DNA of 64,000 bases from Dehalococcoidia bacterium (GCA_965249275.1 CBDFLQ010000005.1:256001-320000), one strand, 5' to 3'; positions 32,947 through 43,752 are shown, counted from the first letter of the stretch. A program made the numbers and translations. Notes: generated from the letters alone by a model not told the origin.

Positions 32947-33217
32947 GGGATGGAAGTGTCCGATTTGCAAGAAGTTCCTGCTTCACCTTGATATCTCAGA
33001 GTCGTTCAGGGAGTGCAGGAGTTGTGGGTTCATTGGTTGGTGGCTTGCTGACACCGTAGCGCCGGGGCCTGGCTTGGGCTACAAATGTGTAAATTGTCAG
33101 AAATCCACACTGCATTATTTTGCAACCAAGGCGGGTGTAGAGATTTACAGATGCACAAAATGCCTGTACTCGGGTGCTAAAGCTATAGATGGAGGAGTGG
33201 GAGGAGAGGCGCTGTAG
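32933..33217 (+). CDS. Hypothetical double zinc-ribbon protein
   Basis: CPIC, CRSC, CVNC, CTKC; AGGAG RBS; overlaps the upstream ORF. Confidence 0.6.
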   Translation: MIRNRGWKCPICKKFLLHLDISESFRECRSCGFIGWWLADTVAPGPGLGYKCVNCQKSTLHYFATKAGVEIYRCTKCLYSGAKAIDGGVGGEAL

Positions 33218-33470
33218 ATTCCTCGCGGGGCCTCGGAATGACAGTTAGGGAGGTGGGGGGGAATACTGGCGTGACGGTATGGCAGTCGTGGGCCTCCCCC
33301 CGCTCGACCCTTCGACTCGTCGCTCAGGGTGAGCGGCCCCTCCGACCGGGGATGGATTCCGGCTCTCGGCGGCCGGAATGAGGGATGGGGGTGGGTGGGG
33401 ATGAAGTAGGCGAGTGGTGGGCTTGCGCCTCAGATTCCTCGCGGGGCCTCGGAATGATAGTTATGCAAAG
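33215..33470. repeat. REP-like cluster (A, B, C, A)
   Basis: Same units as the other clusters. Confidence 0.85.
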
Positions 33471-33555
33471 GTTGCTGAAGGGGTGATCTATGCTCCCTCT
33501 GCTATAATCCGCTCAGTGGTCAATGTAGCTAAATTCCCCAGCGAGGTCCCCTGAA

Positions 33556-34959
33556 ATGTCTCCCAAAACCATGTTCGAAAAGATATGGGATGCCCATGTC
33601 GTCCACCAAGACCCGGGCCAGGACGCTATCCTGTACGTCGACCTTCACCTTGTACATGAGGTCACGTCTCCGCAGGCGTTTGAAGGTCTGCGGCTGTCCG
33701 GCAGACCGGTCCGCCGTCCCGAGCTGACCGTAGCCACCGTGGACCACTCCATCCCTACCTGGGAGCGTACGCGTCCTACGGAGGACCCCATCGCCGCGCA
33801 GCAGATCGCCACCATGCAGAAGAACGCGAAAGACAACCGTCTGCCGTTCTACGACATCCACAGCGACGGACAGGGCATCGTCCACGTGATCGGGCCTCAG
33901 TTGGGATACACCAGGCCGGGAATGCTCATCGTATGCGGGGACAGTCACACGTCCACCCACGGGGCTTTCGGGTCGATGGGAATGGCCATCGGGACCACGC
34001 AGGCGGAGCACGTTCTCGCTACCCAGTGCGTTCAGCAAGCCAACCTGAAGACTATGGAGGTGCGCCTGACTGGCAGCCTGGCCCCGGGAGTCGCCGCCAA
34101 AGACATCATCCTGGGCATTATCGGGGAGATAGGGATAGACGGGGCGAGTGGCTATGCAGTCGAGTACACGGGTGAGGCTATCCGGGGCCTATCGATGGAA
34201 GGTCGGATGACCGTGTGCAACATGTCAATTGAGGCGGGGGCACGGATCGGGATGGTTGCCCCGGACGAGACCACCTTCAACTATGTCAAAGGCCGACGGT
34301 TTGCACCCAAGGGCGACGCATGGGATGAGGCGGTCGAAAACTGGAAGAAACTACCGACCGACGCGGGTGCTGAGTACGACAGAGTTCTCGAAATCGACGC
34401 CTCTGCGATGGAGCCGTATGTGACCTGGGGCACGAACCCTGGAATGGTGGCTCGGGTGACGGGCAACGTCCCGGACCCGGCATCAATGGACTCGCCTGTA
34501 GAAAAGGAAGCCACGGAACGGGCCCTGCACTACATGGGGCTGGAGCCCGGTGAGGCAATTGAAGAGATCAAGATAGACCGAGCCTTCATCGGCTCATGCA
34601 CCAACTCCCGGATTGAGGACCTGCGCATTGCCGCCGAGGTTGCCAAGGGGCGTGCAGTCGATCCGAAAGTCTACGCCATGGTGGTGCCGGGGTCTTGGGC
34701 GGTTAAGCGTCAGGCGGAGGAAGAAGGGCTCGACAGGATATTCAAGGATGCGGGTTTCGACTGGCGGGAGGCGGGGTGCTCCATGTGCCTGGGCATGAAC
34801 CCCGACATTCTGCAGCCCGGCGAGCGCTGCGCCTCGACGTCTAATCGCAACTTCGAAGGCCGGCAGGGCAAGGGGGGCAGGACTCATCTCGTCAGTCCCG
34901 CAATGGCTGCTGCTGCAGCGATTACCGGGCACTTCGTCGATATTCGGGAGTGGAAGTAG
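33556..34959 (+). CDS. leuC: 3-isopropylmalate dehydratase large subunit
   Basis: [41 protein letters not shown]. Confidence 0.97.
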   Translation: MSPKTMFEKIWDAHVVHQDPGQDAILYVDLHLVHEVTSPQAFEGLRLSGRPVRRPELTVATVDHSIPTWERTRPTEDPIAAQQIATMQKNAKDNRLPFYDIHSDGQGIVHVIGPQLGYTRPGMLIVCGDSHTSTHGAFGSMGMAIGTTQAEHVLATQCVQQANLKTMEVRLTGSLAPGVAAKDIILGIIGEIGIDGASGYAVEYTGEAIRGLSMEGRMTVCNMSIEAGARIGMVAPDETTFNYVKGRRFAPKGDAWDEAVENWKKLPTDAGAEYDRVLEIDASAMEPYVTWGTNPGMVARVTGNVPDPASMDSPVEKEATERALHYMGLEPGEAIEEIKIDRAFIGSCTNSRIEDLRIAAEVAKGRAVDPKVYAMVVPGSWAVKRQAEEEGLDRIFKDAGFDWREAGCSMCLGMNPDILQPGERCASTSNRNFEGRQGKGGRTHLVSPAMAAAAAITGHFVDIREWK

Positions 34960-34970
34960 GAGGTTTCAAA

Positions 34971-35174
34971 GTGAAACTGACAGTAGTTTTGGAACCCAGC
35001 GATGAGGGCGGGTATTCGGTTTTCGTCCCCACTCTCCCTGGCTGCATCAGTGAAGGCGACACTCGGGAGGAGGCGTTGGGGAATATAGGGGAGGCCATTG
35101 AGCTGCACCTGGAGCTTACCGAACACGACTACACCATCGAGAAGAACTTGGAAATAGTAGAACTGGCACTCTAA
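34971..35174 (+). CDS. HicB-family antitoxin-like protein (orphan)
   Basis: EGGYSVFVPTLPGCISEGDTREEAL; AGGAGG plus GTG start. Confidence 0.85.
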   Translation: MKLTVVLEPSDEGGYSVFVPTLPGCISEGDTREEALGNIGEAIELHLELTEHDYTIEKNLEIVELAL

Positions 35175-35229
35175 AGCATACTTCAGTCGAGAATTGTGAA
35201 AGTATTTAGCCCCGAGGTCATATGCAACC

Positions 35230-35847
35230 ATGCAACCATTCACCACTCTTGCCGCTAGCGTAGCCGTTTTGGACCGCACGAACGTCGATACCGACCAGGT
35301 GATCCCAAAGCAATTCCTGAAGCGTATCGAGCGCACGGGATACGGAGAGTTTTTGTTCTTCGACTGGGGGCGTCTTGAAGACGGGTCTCCCAACCCAGAC
35401 TTTGAGCTGAACGCGCCTCAGTACCAAAACGCGGGCATCCTTGTTACCGGCCCGAACTTCGGGTGCGGTTCGTCCCGTGAACACGCTGTCTGGGCCATTT
35501 ATCAGCACGGGTTCAAGGCGATCATCGCTCCCTCCTTCGCCGAGATATTTCACAAAAACTGCTTCCAAAACGGCCTCTGCCCTGTGCTCCTAGAAGAGGC
35601 CCAAGTCTCCGACATAATGGCGCGGGCTCGGGCGCAGAGCCCCGAGCCGTACTCCCTCACCATCGACCTAGAGACCTGTCTCCTCTCCGACGGCGAGGGG
35701 CTGAGTCTTCCTTTCGTCATCCACCAGGACAAAGCCACTCACGATTTCCGTCGGCGCTGCCTTCTGGGAGGCCTCGACGAAATCGAACTTACGCTTCAGC
35801 ACGAAGACGCAATACTCGCCTACGAGAAAGCCCGCGGAATAGCATAA
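35230..35847 (+). CDS. leuD: 3-isopropylmalate dehydratase small subunit
   Basis: NVDTDQVIPKQFL, NFGCGSSREHA. Confidence 0.97.
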   Translation: MQPFTTLAASVAVLDRTNVDTDQVIPKQFLKRIERTGYGEFLFFDWGRLEDGSPNPDFELNAPQYQNAGILVTGPNFGCGSSREHAVWAIYQHGFKAIIAPSFAEIFHKNCFQNGLCPVLLEEAQVSDIMARARAQSPEPYSLTIDLETCLLSDGEGLSLPFVIHQDKATHDFRRRCLLGGLDEIELTLQHEDAILAYEKARGIA

Positions 35848-35859
35848 GGAAACCCGACT

Positions 35860-37344
35860 ATGGACTGGCGGGAAGACTACAAGCGCAAGCTGTGCTCACC
35901 GCAGGACGCAGCGGCCATGGTCAAGTCGGGAGACCTGGTCCACACGGGACTCATCCCCATGCCACGGCTGATAGCCGACGCTATAGTCGCCCGCAGGGAT
36001 GAATTCGAGCATCTCTACGTCACGATGGTCGGACCTGAATACGATCCTGGATTCCTAAGCAGTGCGAACTCAGACAAATTTTCCGTGACGGTCGAGCTTC
36101 ACATTGGCATCGGCACCCTGGCCATCGACGCCATGGACGAACGTCGGATCGACTACTCCCCAGTCCTGTTCTCCACATGGTTCAAGCCCGCCATCGACCA
36201 GCACTTAAACGCCCGCACCCCCGACATCTTCCTGTGCACCGTATCCCCTCCAGACCAGAACGGCTATTGCAGCTTCGGTTCAGACCTGTGGAACAAGCGC
36301 ACTTTCGCCAAGCTCTCCCGCACCGTATTAGCCGAGGTAGACGAGCGCTTTATCCGCACCTATGGGGATAACTATATCCATGTTTCGGAGATAGACGCAT
36401 TCGTCGAGAACACGCCCCAGCCGATGTACGACGAGGAGTTGTACGAGATCATCTCAGCGATCCCGGACGCCGAACGCCGACAGGAACTTACCGAGATAGC
36501 TTCCAAGCTGGAGTTTGAGCGCCGCCGGGACTTCATCCCCCAGGTGGCCGGCCTGGACCTTGCCCAAATGCGCATTTGGGCTGCCTTCTACGCGGGCGTC
36601 TCCGACCCGGGCCCCAAGGCCCGCCGTATGGCCGAGTTCGTCACAGAATGCGTACCCGACGGCGCCACAATCCAGATCGGTACAGGTACTCCCTCCACGC
36701 TTCTCCCCACCCTCGGGGCGTTTGATGACAAGCACGATCTCGGCATACACTCCGAGATGGCGGCTCCCGGCCTGATCGACCTCATTGAGCGGGGTATAGT
36801 GAACGGCCGCTACTCCAACACCCACCCGGGAGTGGCCCGGCTCAGCGCCCTAACTGCAACCAACATCAGGGAGCAGAAGTGGGCCGAATATAACCCGAAG
36901 CTCGAACTGCTGGAATCCAAAGACGTAGTGAACATTAGAGAGGTCTCGCAGATCGACAAGATGTTTACTATCAACAACGCACTGTCGGTTGACCTGGGCG
37001 GGCAGACCAACTCGGAGACGGTGTTCGGGGGGAGGCTCGTGGCAGGGTCGGGGGGCCAGACTGATCTGCACATCGGGGCGACACAGTCGAATGGGGGTCG
37101 TGGGATCATCCTGCTTCGGTCGACGGCCTTGGGAGGCTCGGTGTCGCGAATCGTTCCCCAGTTCGAGGAGGGGGCCATAGTCACCATACCCCGCACATTC
37201 GCGGACATTGTGATCACCGAGTACGGCGTTGCGCAGTTGATGGGCAAGTCGAATCGTCAAAGAGCTGAAGAGCTGATCAACATCGCGCACCCGGACTTCC
37301 GGGCCGAGCTGCGTCGGGAGGCGCGGAAACTGTTGTATCCATGA
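35860..37344 (+). CDS. Acetyl-CoA hydrolase/transferase (4-hydroxybutyrate CoA-transferase-like), 1 of 4
   Basis: VSPPD.NGYCSFG, TIQIG, LGIHSEM, GGQ, VITEYG, IAHPDFR. Confidence 0.9.
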   Translation: MDWREDYKRKLCSPQDAAAMVKSGDLVHTGLIPMPRLIADAIVARRDEFEHLYVTMVGPEYDPGFLSSANSDKFSVTVELHIGIGTLAIDAMDERRIDYSPVLFSTWFKPAIDQHLNARTPDIFLCTVSPPDQNGYCSFGSDLWNKRTFAKLSRTVLAEVDERFIRTYGDNYIHVSEIDAFVENTPQPMYDEELYEIISAIPDAERRQELTEIASKLEFERRRDFIPQVAGLDLAQMRIWAAFYAGVSDPGPKARRMAEFVTECVPDGATIQIGTGTPSTLLPTLGAFDDKHDLGIHSEMAAPGLIDLIERGIVNGRYSNTHPGVARLSALTATNIREQKWAEYNPKLELLESKDVVNIREVSQIDKMFTINNALSVDLGGQTNSETVFGGRLVAGSGGQTDLHIGATQSNGGRGIILLRSTALGGSVSRIVPQFEEGAIVTIPRTFADIVITEYGVAQLMGKSNRQRAEELINIAHPDFRAELRREARKLLYP

Positions 37345-37369
37345 GTCAACGTGGACGGGCAAGAACAGG

Positions 37370-37575
37370 ACTGTGCTCCTAGACGTAGAGCCAGTCATGC
37401 CCGACCCCACCTATTCCATGCCCTCGGCCTGAGCCGCCCATTTGCCATCCATCAAGCCAAAGCAACCCACGATTTCCCGCGCCGCTGCCTGTCGTACAGG
37501 CTGGACAAAATCGACCTCATTGTCCGGCACGAGGATGCTATACTCGCCTTCGAAAAGGCCCACTGCATAGGCTGA
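37370..37575 (+). pseudogene. leuD: Duplicated leuD 3' fragment
   Basis: GLSRPFAIHQAKATHDFPRRCL...HEDAILAFEKA versus LeuD GLSLPFVIHQDKATHDFRRRCL...HEDAILAYEKA. Confidence 0.85.
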
Positions 37576-37587
37576 GGAGACACGACT

Positions 37588-39066
37588 ATGGACTGGCGGG
37601 AAGACTACAAGCGCAAGCTGTGCTCACAGGAGGAAGCCGCGGCCATGGTCAAGTCGGGAGACCTGGTCCACACGGGAATCCTTCCCATGCCCCGGCTGAT
37701 AGCGGATGAGATAGTCGGACGTCGTGACGAATTCGATCATCTCGACGTCACGATGGTGGAGCCGGAATACGATCCGGGCTTCCTGGAAAGCGCCTATTCC
37801 GACAAGTTCTCCGTAACTGTCGAGATTCACATTGGCACCGTGGCCAAATACGCTCACGATGAAAGGCGCGTTGATTACTCTCCCGTACTCTTCTCCACGT
37901 GGTTCAAGCCCTCCCTGGACCCGCGCCCGAACGCCCGGACCCCGGACGTATTCCTGTGCACCGTCTCGCCTCCAGATGACAACGGCTATTGCAGCTTTGG
38001 CGCAAACCTCTGGAACAAGCACACGTTCACCAAGCTCTCCCGTACCGTCCTGGCAGAGGTGGACGAGCGTTTCATACGCACCTACGGGGACAACTATGTT
38101 CATGTCTCGGAGATAGACGCGTTTGTGGAAAACACTCCTCCCCCCATGGATGACGAAGAACTTAAGGGCATCCTCTCCAGTATCGGAGACGAGGAGCGCC
38201 GAAACGAACTAGCGGAGGTTGCATCCCAGCTGGAGTACGATCGGCGCAGGGACTTCATTCCCCAGCTTGCCAGCCTGGACCTCTCACAAATGCGCCAGTG
38301 GGCCGCATTCTACGCAGGCCTTTCAGACCCGGGCCCAGCGGCAAGGCGAATCGCAGAATACGTGTCCGAGCTAGTGCCAGATGGGGCGACCATCCAGATC
38401 GGAGCGGGAACACCCTCGACACTGCTCCCGACCCTCGGTACCTTCGACGGCAAGCACGATCTAGGTATCCACTCGGAGATGGGCGCTCCGGGAATGATCG
38501 ATCTCATCGACAAGGGAATAGTGACCGGCCGTTACACAAACACGCACCCGGGAGTGGCCCGACTATCTGCCCTGACCGCCACAAACATCAGCGAGCAGAA
38601 GTGGGCCGAGTACAACCCGAAGGTCGAACTGCTGGAATCGCAGGATGTGGTCAGTATCAGGGAAGTCTCGCTAATCGACAACATGTGCACCATCAACAAC
38701 GCGTTGTCGGTGGACCTGTTCGGCCAAGTCAATTCGGAGACGGTGTTCGGGGGCAGGCTGGTGGCAGGGACTGGCGGGCAGACGGAGCTGCATATCGGGG
38801 CGACGCAGTCAAAGGGTGGCAGAGGGATTATTCTCCTAAGGTCGACGGCGTTGGGAGGGTCGGTGTCCCGGATAGTGCCCCAGCTTGAAGAGGGCGCAAT
38901 AGTCACCATACCCCGCACGTTTGCGGATATGGTGGTCACGGAATACGGGGTAGCCCAGCTGATGGGGAGGTCGGACCGCCAGAGGGCGGAGGAACTGATC
39001 AACATAGCGCACCCGAACTTCCGGGCCGAACTGCGTCGGGAGGCGCAGAGGCTGCTTTATCCGTAG
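37588..39066 (+). CDS. Acetyl-CoA hydrolase/transferase, 2 of 4
   Basis: Close paralog of 35860-37344. Confidence 0.9.
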   Translation: MDWREDYKRKLCSQEEAAAMVKSGDLVHTGILPMPRLIADEIVGRRDEFDHLDVTMVEPEYDPGFLESAYSDKFSVTVEIHIGTVAKYAHDERRVDYSPVLFSTWFKPSLDPRPNARTPDVFLCTVSPPDDNGYCSFGANLWNKHTFTKLSRTVLAEVDERFIRTYGDNYVHVSEIDAFVENTPPPMDDEELKGILSSIGDEERRNELAEVASQLEYDRRRDFIPQLASLDLSQMRQWAAFYAGLSDPGPAARRIAEYVSELVPDGATIQIGAGTPSTLLPTLGTFDGKHDLGIHSEMGAPGMIDLIDKGIVTGRYTNTHPGVARLSALTATNISEQKWAEYNPKVELLESQDVVSIREVSLIDNMCTINNALSVDLFGQVNSETVFGGRLVAGTGGQTELHIGATQSKGGRGIILLRSTALGGSVSRIVPQLEEGAIVTIPRTFADMVVTEYGVAQLMGRSDRQRAEELINIAHPNFRAELRREAQRLLYP

Positions 39067-39189
39067 CTTGTTGCCTTCTTCGTGTCCTACTCATGGCTAG
39101 GCACGACTATATTTTCGTTGATGAGTCTGGGGACCTTGGGTACAAGAGTGTTCTTTGCCTAACTTACTAGCTAGTATGCATTGGAGGAA

Positions 39190-39305
39190 GGGGATCACCC
39201 TCACCCCAGCCCTCTCCCGTCAAGGGAGAGGGGGTAGGATTCCCCGCCCCAGATTCACGCCTGAGGCGCATCTTCGACCTCGAGGGGCATCGGAATGACA
39301 GTTAG
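39190..39305. repeat. REP-like units (D and an A variant)
   Basis: CCCTCTCCCGTCAAGGGAGAGGG; CCCAGATTC...CGGAATGACAGTTA. Confidence 0.7.
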
Positions 39306-39459
39306 GCTACAGCGAACAGGAGTGGGGAATAGCCGGAGAAATGTCGTGGGCTAGGTCGGACCTCCATGTTTCGGGAGATCTGCCTAGCCCGGTGATAGGC
39401 TGCAAATTAATGCAACCTATCTACCTATAAATTTAGTGAATACCACTGAGACTGTCAAC

Positions 39460-40941
39460 ATGGACTGGCAAGAAGAGTACAAACGTAAGTTAGTTTCTGC
39501 GGACGAGGCTGTCACTCTTGTAAAGTCGGGGGACCGGGTGGAGATTTCCATCTACCCCACCCCTACCCTTCTTCCCCCTGCTCTGGCCAAGCGTCGGGCG
39601 GAGCTGCGGGACGTTGAGACTGTCATGCCGGAACCCGTCTATCCCATGCCGTGGTTCGAGCCGGGATTCGAGGACTCGTTTTCTACAACCCTAGAGCTTC
39701 ACGTAGGCATGGGGGGCGCAAGACCTATCATCGACGAGAAGCGCGCCGACTACTACCCCATCCTCTTCTCATTGTGGCACAAACCCTACATAGACAGGCC
39801 CGAGTCCGCGCCACCTATCGACGTGTTCATGTGCACAGTCTCGCCGCCCGACCAGAACGGCTATTGCAGCTTCGGCGGTCACCTGTGGAACAAGCGCGTG
39901 CTGGCCTCACACGCGAAAGTGGTCCTGGCCGAGGTCGACGAGACGTTCATCCGGACTCACGGTACGAACTACATCCACGTCTCGGAGATTGACCGCTTCG
40001 TCGAGAATCGGCCGGAGTTGATGCCTGACGACGAACTGGAACGCATCATACAAGACATGCCGGACGAGGAGGGGAGTCGTGAGCTCAGGGCCGTATCCAC
40101 GCGAGTCGAGGTGGAACGGCGCTACGATTTTATTCCCAAGCTCGCACTTATGGACGGCCCCACTATCCGAGGGTGGGCCCAAGTGTACGGCTATCAGAGC
40201 GAAACGGAGCCAATTGCTCTGACCATCGGCAAATATGTTGCCGAACTGATACCGGATGGCTCGTGCCTGCAGGTCGGTGGGGGAACACCATCAACGCTGA
40301 TCCCCGGGATGGGTGTGCTGGACGAAAAGCACGATCTAGGGGTGCACTCCGAGATGTCGGCGAGGGGACTGGCAGACCTGGTACGGAAGGGTATCGTCAC
40401 CGGCAAGCGCAAGAACTTCCATCCGGGCAAGTACATAGTCTCCGCTCTCACCGCATGCTCCCAGGACGAGATAAGGTTCGCCCATAACAACCCGAGCTTC
40501 GAGCTCTACGACTCCCACTATGTCGTCAACATTGCCAACGTGGCGGCGAACGACAATATGGTATCCATCAACAGCGCCATTGCCATAGACCTGACCGGCC
40601 AGATCACCTCCGAGACGGTATTGGGGGGCAGGCTGATTGCAGGAACCGGGGGCCAGCCGGAGCTTCACATGGGCGCAATAAACTCCCGGGGAGGACGCGC
40701 AATAACCTGCCTGCGGTCCACGGCTGTGGGAGGTGTCGTGTCCCGCATCGTGCCACAGCACGACGCCGGAACTGCTATCACCGTCACGCGGGGGTTTGCC
40801 GACTACGTGGTTACGGAATACGGTGTGGCCAGTCTTTTGGGCAAGACGTTCAGGCAGCGGGCCGAGGAGCTGATAAGTGTCGCGCACCCGGACTTTCGGG
40901 CCGAGCTTCGGCAGGAAGCCCAGAAACTCTTCTACCCATGA
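39460..40941 (+). CDS. Acetyl-CoA hydrolase/transferase, 3 of 4
   Basis: MDWQEEYKRKL, HSEM, GGQPEL. Confidence 0.9.
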   Translation: MDWQEEYKRKLVSADEAVTLVKSGDRVEISIYPTPTLLPPALAKRRAELRDVETVMPEPVYPMPWFEPGFEDSFSTTLELHVGMGGARPIIDEKRADYYPILFSLWHKPYIDRPESAPPIDVFMCTVSPPDQNGYCSFGGHLWNKRVLASHAKVVLAEVDETFIRTHGTNYIHVSEIDRFVENRPELMPDDELERIIQDMPDEEGSRELRAVSTRVEVERRYDFIPKLALMDGPTIRGWAQVYGYQSETEPIALTIGKYVAELIPDGSCLQVGGGTPSTLIPGMGVLDEKHDLGVHSEMSARGLADLVRKGIVTGKRKNFHPGKYIVSALTACSQDEIRFAHNNPSFELYDSHYVVNIANVAANDNMVSINSAIAIDLTGQITSETVLGGRLIAGTGGQPELHMGAINSRGGRAITCLRSTAVGGVVSRIVPQHDAGTAITVTRGFADYVVTEYGVASLLGKTFRQRAEELISVAHPDFRAELRQEAQKLFYP

Positions 40942-40948
40942 TCCGCTG

Positions 40949-42430
40949 ATGGACTGGCAAGAGCACTATAAAAGAAAGCTCGTCACCGCCGACGATGCTG
41001 TCAAGCTGGTGAAGTCGGGGGACAGGGTAGAGATTGCCATGTCGCCAACTCCTACGGTGTTGCCCCCGGCCCTCGGGAAGCGCTGGCCGGAGCTCCAAGA
41101 CGTGGAGACCGTAATGGCCGAACCGGGCTACCACATGCCGTGGTATGAGCCGGGTTTCGAGGAATCGTTTTCCACGACGTTGACCGTCCACGTCGGGGTG
41201 AGTGGGGGTGGAACGGTGCTCGACGAGAGGAGAGGCGACTACTATCCAAGCCTCTTTTCACTGTGGCACAAGCCCGCCATAGATAGGCCCGATGCAGCTC
41301 CCCCAACCGACGTTTTCATGTGCACCGTCTCGCCACCTGACAGGAACGGCTATTGCAGTTTCGGGCCTTACCTGTGGTACAAGCGGGAACTAGCCAAGCA
41401 TGCAAGGGTGGTGCTGGCGGAGGTAAACGACACCTACATACGGACGCACGGGACGAACTATATCCATGTCTCGGAGATCGACCGCTTCGTCGAAAACTCG
41501 CCCAGGCTGATGCCCGATGACGAGATGGAGTCCATGATCCAGGGCATGGCGGACGAGGAGGCAAGAGATGAGCTAAGGGCCGTATCAGACCGGATCGAAC
41601 CCGAGCGGCGATACGATCTAATACCGAGGCTGGTGAAGATGGACGCCCGGGTCATGCGGCGATGGGCCGAATCGACGGGGTTTCAAAGCGAAACCGAACC
41701 CGTTGCCCTGGCCATATGCCAATACGCCGCAGAGCTCATTCCGGACGGGGCCTGCCTTCAAGTCGGGGGTGGAACGCCATCTACGCTGCTTCCGAGCCTG
41801 GGGGTGCTGGACGAAAAGCGTGACCTTGGGTTCCATTCCGAGATGTCGCCGAGAGGGCTAATCGACCTGGTGCGGAAGGGAGTAATAACAGGCAAACGAA
41901 AGAACTTCCATCCTGGTAAATATGTCACCTCATCGCTTTCCAATTGCACGCAGGAAGAGATCCTGTTCGCGCACAACAACCCGATGTTCGAGCTGCGCGA
42001 TACCTCATACGTCGTAAACATCGCCAACGTGGCGGCGAACGACAACATGGTGTCCATTAACAGCGCCTTGGCCATAGACCTGACCGGCCAGATTAACGCC
42101 GAGACGGTATTCGGAGGGAGGTTGATAGCCGGTACCGGGGGCCAACCGGAGCTTCACATGGGGGCGATTAGCTCCAGGGGTGGGCGAGCTATCACGTGTC
42201 TGCGTTCTACTGCGATGGGGGGAGTCGTGTCACGAATAGTCCCGCAGCACGACGCTGGAACGGCCATCACCGTGACCCGGGGCTTTGCCGACTACGTGGT
42301 GACCGAATATGGAGTTGCCAGCCTGTTCGGTAAGACATTCAGGCAGAGGGCGGAGGAGCTGATAAGCGTCGCGCACCCGGATTTTCGCGCCGAACTCCGG
42401 CGAGAGGCCCGGAAGCTCTTCTACCCGTGA
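40949..42430 (+). CDS. Acetyl-CoA hydrolase/transferase, 4 of 4
   Basis: Close paralog of 39460-40941. Confidence 0.9.
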   Translation: MDWQEHYKRKLVTADDAVKLVKSGDRVEIAMSPTPTVLPPALGKRWPELQDVETVMAEPGYHMPWYEPGFEESFSTTLTVHVGVSGGGTVLDERRGDYYPSLFSLWHKPAIDRPDAAPPTDVFMCTVSPPDRNGYCSFGPYLWYKRELAKHARVVLAEVNDTYIRTHGTNYIHVSEIDRFVENSPRLMPDDEMESMIQGMADEEARDELRAVSDRIEPERRYDLIPRLVKMDARVMRRWAESTGFQSETEPVALAICQYAAELIPDGACLQVGGGTPSTLLPSLGVLDEKRDLGFHSEMSPRGLIDLVRKGVITGKRKNFHPGKYVTSSLSNCTQEEILFAHNNPMFELRDTSYVVNIANVAANDNMVSINSALAIDLTGQINAETVFGGRLIAGTGGQPELHMGAISSRGGRAITCLRSTAMGGVVSRIVPQHDAGTAITVTRGFADYVVTEYGVASLFGKTFRQRAEELISVAHPDFRAELRREARKLFYP

Positions 42431-43695
42431 TCACTCGCCTGCCCTCCTTCCTGTCATTCCTGTTTCGACGGTCCCTACCCAACGACTACCTGACCATCCA
42501 ACTGGAAAGGGCCTGTCGAGAAGATATCTGTCCCATCTGCATCTTCGAGGGCGAGTCACGGTACACCTGGCTCTGGTCATTCCTCTGGGAGCATGTCAAC
42601 GACCCCGAGGCGCGGGACCAGTTCATAGAAGCGGGTGGCCTCTGCCCCGCCGACCTCTGGCGCGCCGTCGAGCTTGCGCGCCATGTCATCAAGAGCTCCC
42701 TTGGCGTTGCGATGGTGTTTCAACACCTGATCAAGATCATCACTCGGGCCCTGGAGACCGGACGCTCCAGCGCACCCTGGATAAGCACTTCGCCGTGGAG
42801 GTTTGACCTGGGCAGCGGTTGCCAAGCCTGCGCCACTGCAGAGAGCGCAGCGGGGTATTCAGCAACTCGGCTGCTCCTCGCCGCCTCGGTTCCCACCCCA
42901 CCCAGCTGGCTTGAGTCGGCTTTCCTCCTCTGCGGCCGCCACTTTCAGGGCTTGGTATCCAAGGCTTCCAATTCAGAGTCCCGCACTCGGCTATACAACT
43001 TCCAAGACTCGGCGGCGAAAGCCCAAGGTACGCCTAGCTCCGCCCGCCACTTGGAGGCCGCGGTTAAGCCTCTTCCAGCCTTCTTCCCGGTGCCCGTCAA
43101 GTCCGAGAGCTTGTACGAGAACGCGTCGGAAAGGTGTCCAGTGTGCGAGCGCATGACTCGGCTTGAAAGGGACTCGTCTTCTCCCTCAACCACGACACTT
43201 CACTCCTGCCTGGCCCATTACCGGGCCTTCGCCAGGGTAGGGACGGCCCTATACGCCCGGTTTGTACCTGAAGACGATTCGCAAGCGGTTATTCAGCGTT
43301 CAGGCTGCCCTTCTTGCAGTCAACGCCAAGAACTCGAGAGCCAAGCCCTCGATTACACCGTTTCCCTAATTCAAGAGCGCGGGGCTCAGGACCTGCTCTG
43401 TCTAACTCACCTTACCCGGGTTTTGGCCATGCTTGCCAGGGATAGGGGTGCTGCGTTCATGCAAGACCAACTGGACCGGCTGAACACCCTGATAAAAGAC
43501 CTGGACGACTTCATTGCGCTTCACGATTACCGGTACGGTAAGCAGCCGGCGGAGAACCCCGACTCTCCCTATCGGTGGGCACTCCGCTTCCTGTCTTCAG
43601 AGCCTTCCATTTATGCACATCTACTGCCTCCCGGCGGGTCCGAAAAGTTCCTGCGCTCGAAACGTCGCAGGCGGGCCTCGCTGCCCAATCCTTGA
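42427..43695 (+). CDS. Cys/His-rich protein, DUF6062-like
   Basis: CPIC...EHVNDP..R...GGLC, repeated CxxC and CxxH, C-terminal HDYRY; GTGA overlap. Confidence 0.6.
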   Translation: MITRLPSFLSFLFRRSLPNDYLTIQLERACREDICPICIFEGESRYTWLWSFLWEHVNDPEARDQFIEAGGLCPADLWRAVELARHVIKSSLGVAMVFQHLIKIITRALETGRSSAPWISTSPWRFDLGSGCQACATAESAAGYSATRLLLAASVPTPPSWLESAFLLCGRHFQGLVSKASNSESRTRLYNFQDSAAKAQGTPSSARHLEAAVKPLPAFFPVPVKSESLYENASERCPVCERMTRLERDSSSPSTTTLHSCLAHYRAFARVGTALYARFVPEDDSQAVIQRSGCPSCSQRQELESQALDYTVSLIQERGAQDLLCLTHLTRVLAMLARDRGAAFMQDQLDRLNTLIKDLDDFIALHDYRYGKQPAENPDSPYRWALRFLSSEPSIYAHLLPPGGSEKFLRSKRRRRASLPNP

Positions 43696-43752
43696 CATAG
43701 CACCCCTCCTCTTTCTAAAATCCCAATAGGCCAATACGTCACAACGACAGGA

